A stretch of 64,000 nucleotides of DNA from a virus (lineage: Duplodnaviria; Caudoviricetes), in IMG/VR virus record IMGVR_UViG_3300042901_002137, positions 5,865 through 69,864 of that record. The stretch is one strand, 5' to 3'. The stretch's first letter is position 1, and each line of letters begins with the position of its first letter. The position numbers and the translations under genes are program-made. The notes under the pieces were generated by a model, which made no database searches, was not told the origin of the DNA, and saw only the letters and a list, made by a program, of their open reading frames with translations. Shown here piece by piece: positions 63,789-64,000 of this stretch.

Positions 63789-63814
63789 GGTTTAATAATA
63801 AATACTTTTAATTA

Positions 63815-64000
63815 CTATTTGAATTCCAATGGAATACCAATTAAATGGTATTCATATTCTTGATTTTGAAAATTGAAATTACCTGTCTTCAATACTTTTG
63901 AACCAACATTTTTTGATAACGAATTATTTTTAGCTTGTTGGGGTTGTCCTTTTGGGTTAAATACAATTGAAAGAAAATTATATCCCGCAGTTTTTGGGTT
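63815..64000 (-). CDS. 3' part of a gene running off the window
   Basis: Open frame NPKTAGYNF...IPLEFK* ending at TAG 63815-63817. Confidence 0.55.
   Translation of the reverse strand, partial: NPKTAGYNFLSIVFNPKGQPQQAKNNSLSKNVGSKVLKTGNFNFQNQEYEYHLIGIPLEFK

Noticed and set aside
1-64000. Stop-codon reassignment (code 15 or code 4) as in some huge phages
   Set aside because: Conserved genes are intact in code 11; TAG and TGA end genes cleanly (e.g. TAG 24007-24009 before ATG 24011); no suppressor tRNA seen

Overview
AT-rich, gene-dense segment that reads as part of a huge (jumbo) tailed-phage genome. No capsid or terminase gene lies in this window, so the viral call is an inference from gene content. 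The host is very likely Bacteroidota: TTTG-N19-TAnnTTTG promoters precede stable RNAs and metabolic genes, and there is a T9SS-type C-terminal domain. The standard genetic code is used. 1-21 kb is a translation/RNA island: a tmRNA with a long non-canonical tag, 27 tRNAs covering all 20 amino acids (three Ile anticodons), two anticodon-less tRNA-like RNAs, several unexplained structured RNAs, a Bpt/ATE-like aminoacyl transferase, a PvuII-like nuclease and RNA-repair-type genes. 21-40 kb has an HNH gene, tandem carbamoyltransferases, ClpP, a putative internal-virion protein operon, 2OG-oxygenases, RNA ligase, ThyA and RmlC. 40-64 kb is mostly hypothetical genes with recurring N-terminal 'LTE/ISE' leaders and an upstream TATTTAT motif (putative late genes), plus a GH19 endolysin, a T9SS-cargo-like protein and an AEP-like protein. 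The strongest lead is the 11.5-12.7 kb RNA-only operon with its tRNA mimics, possibly coupled to the nearby aminoacyl transferase, ClpP and tmRNA. All family assignments come from motif recognition by eye; no searches were run.
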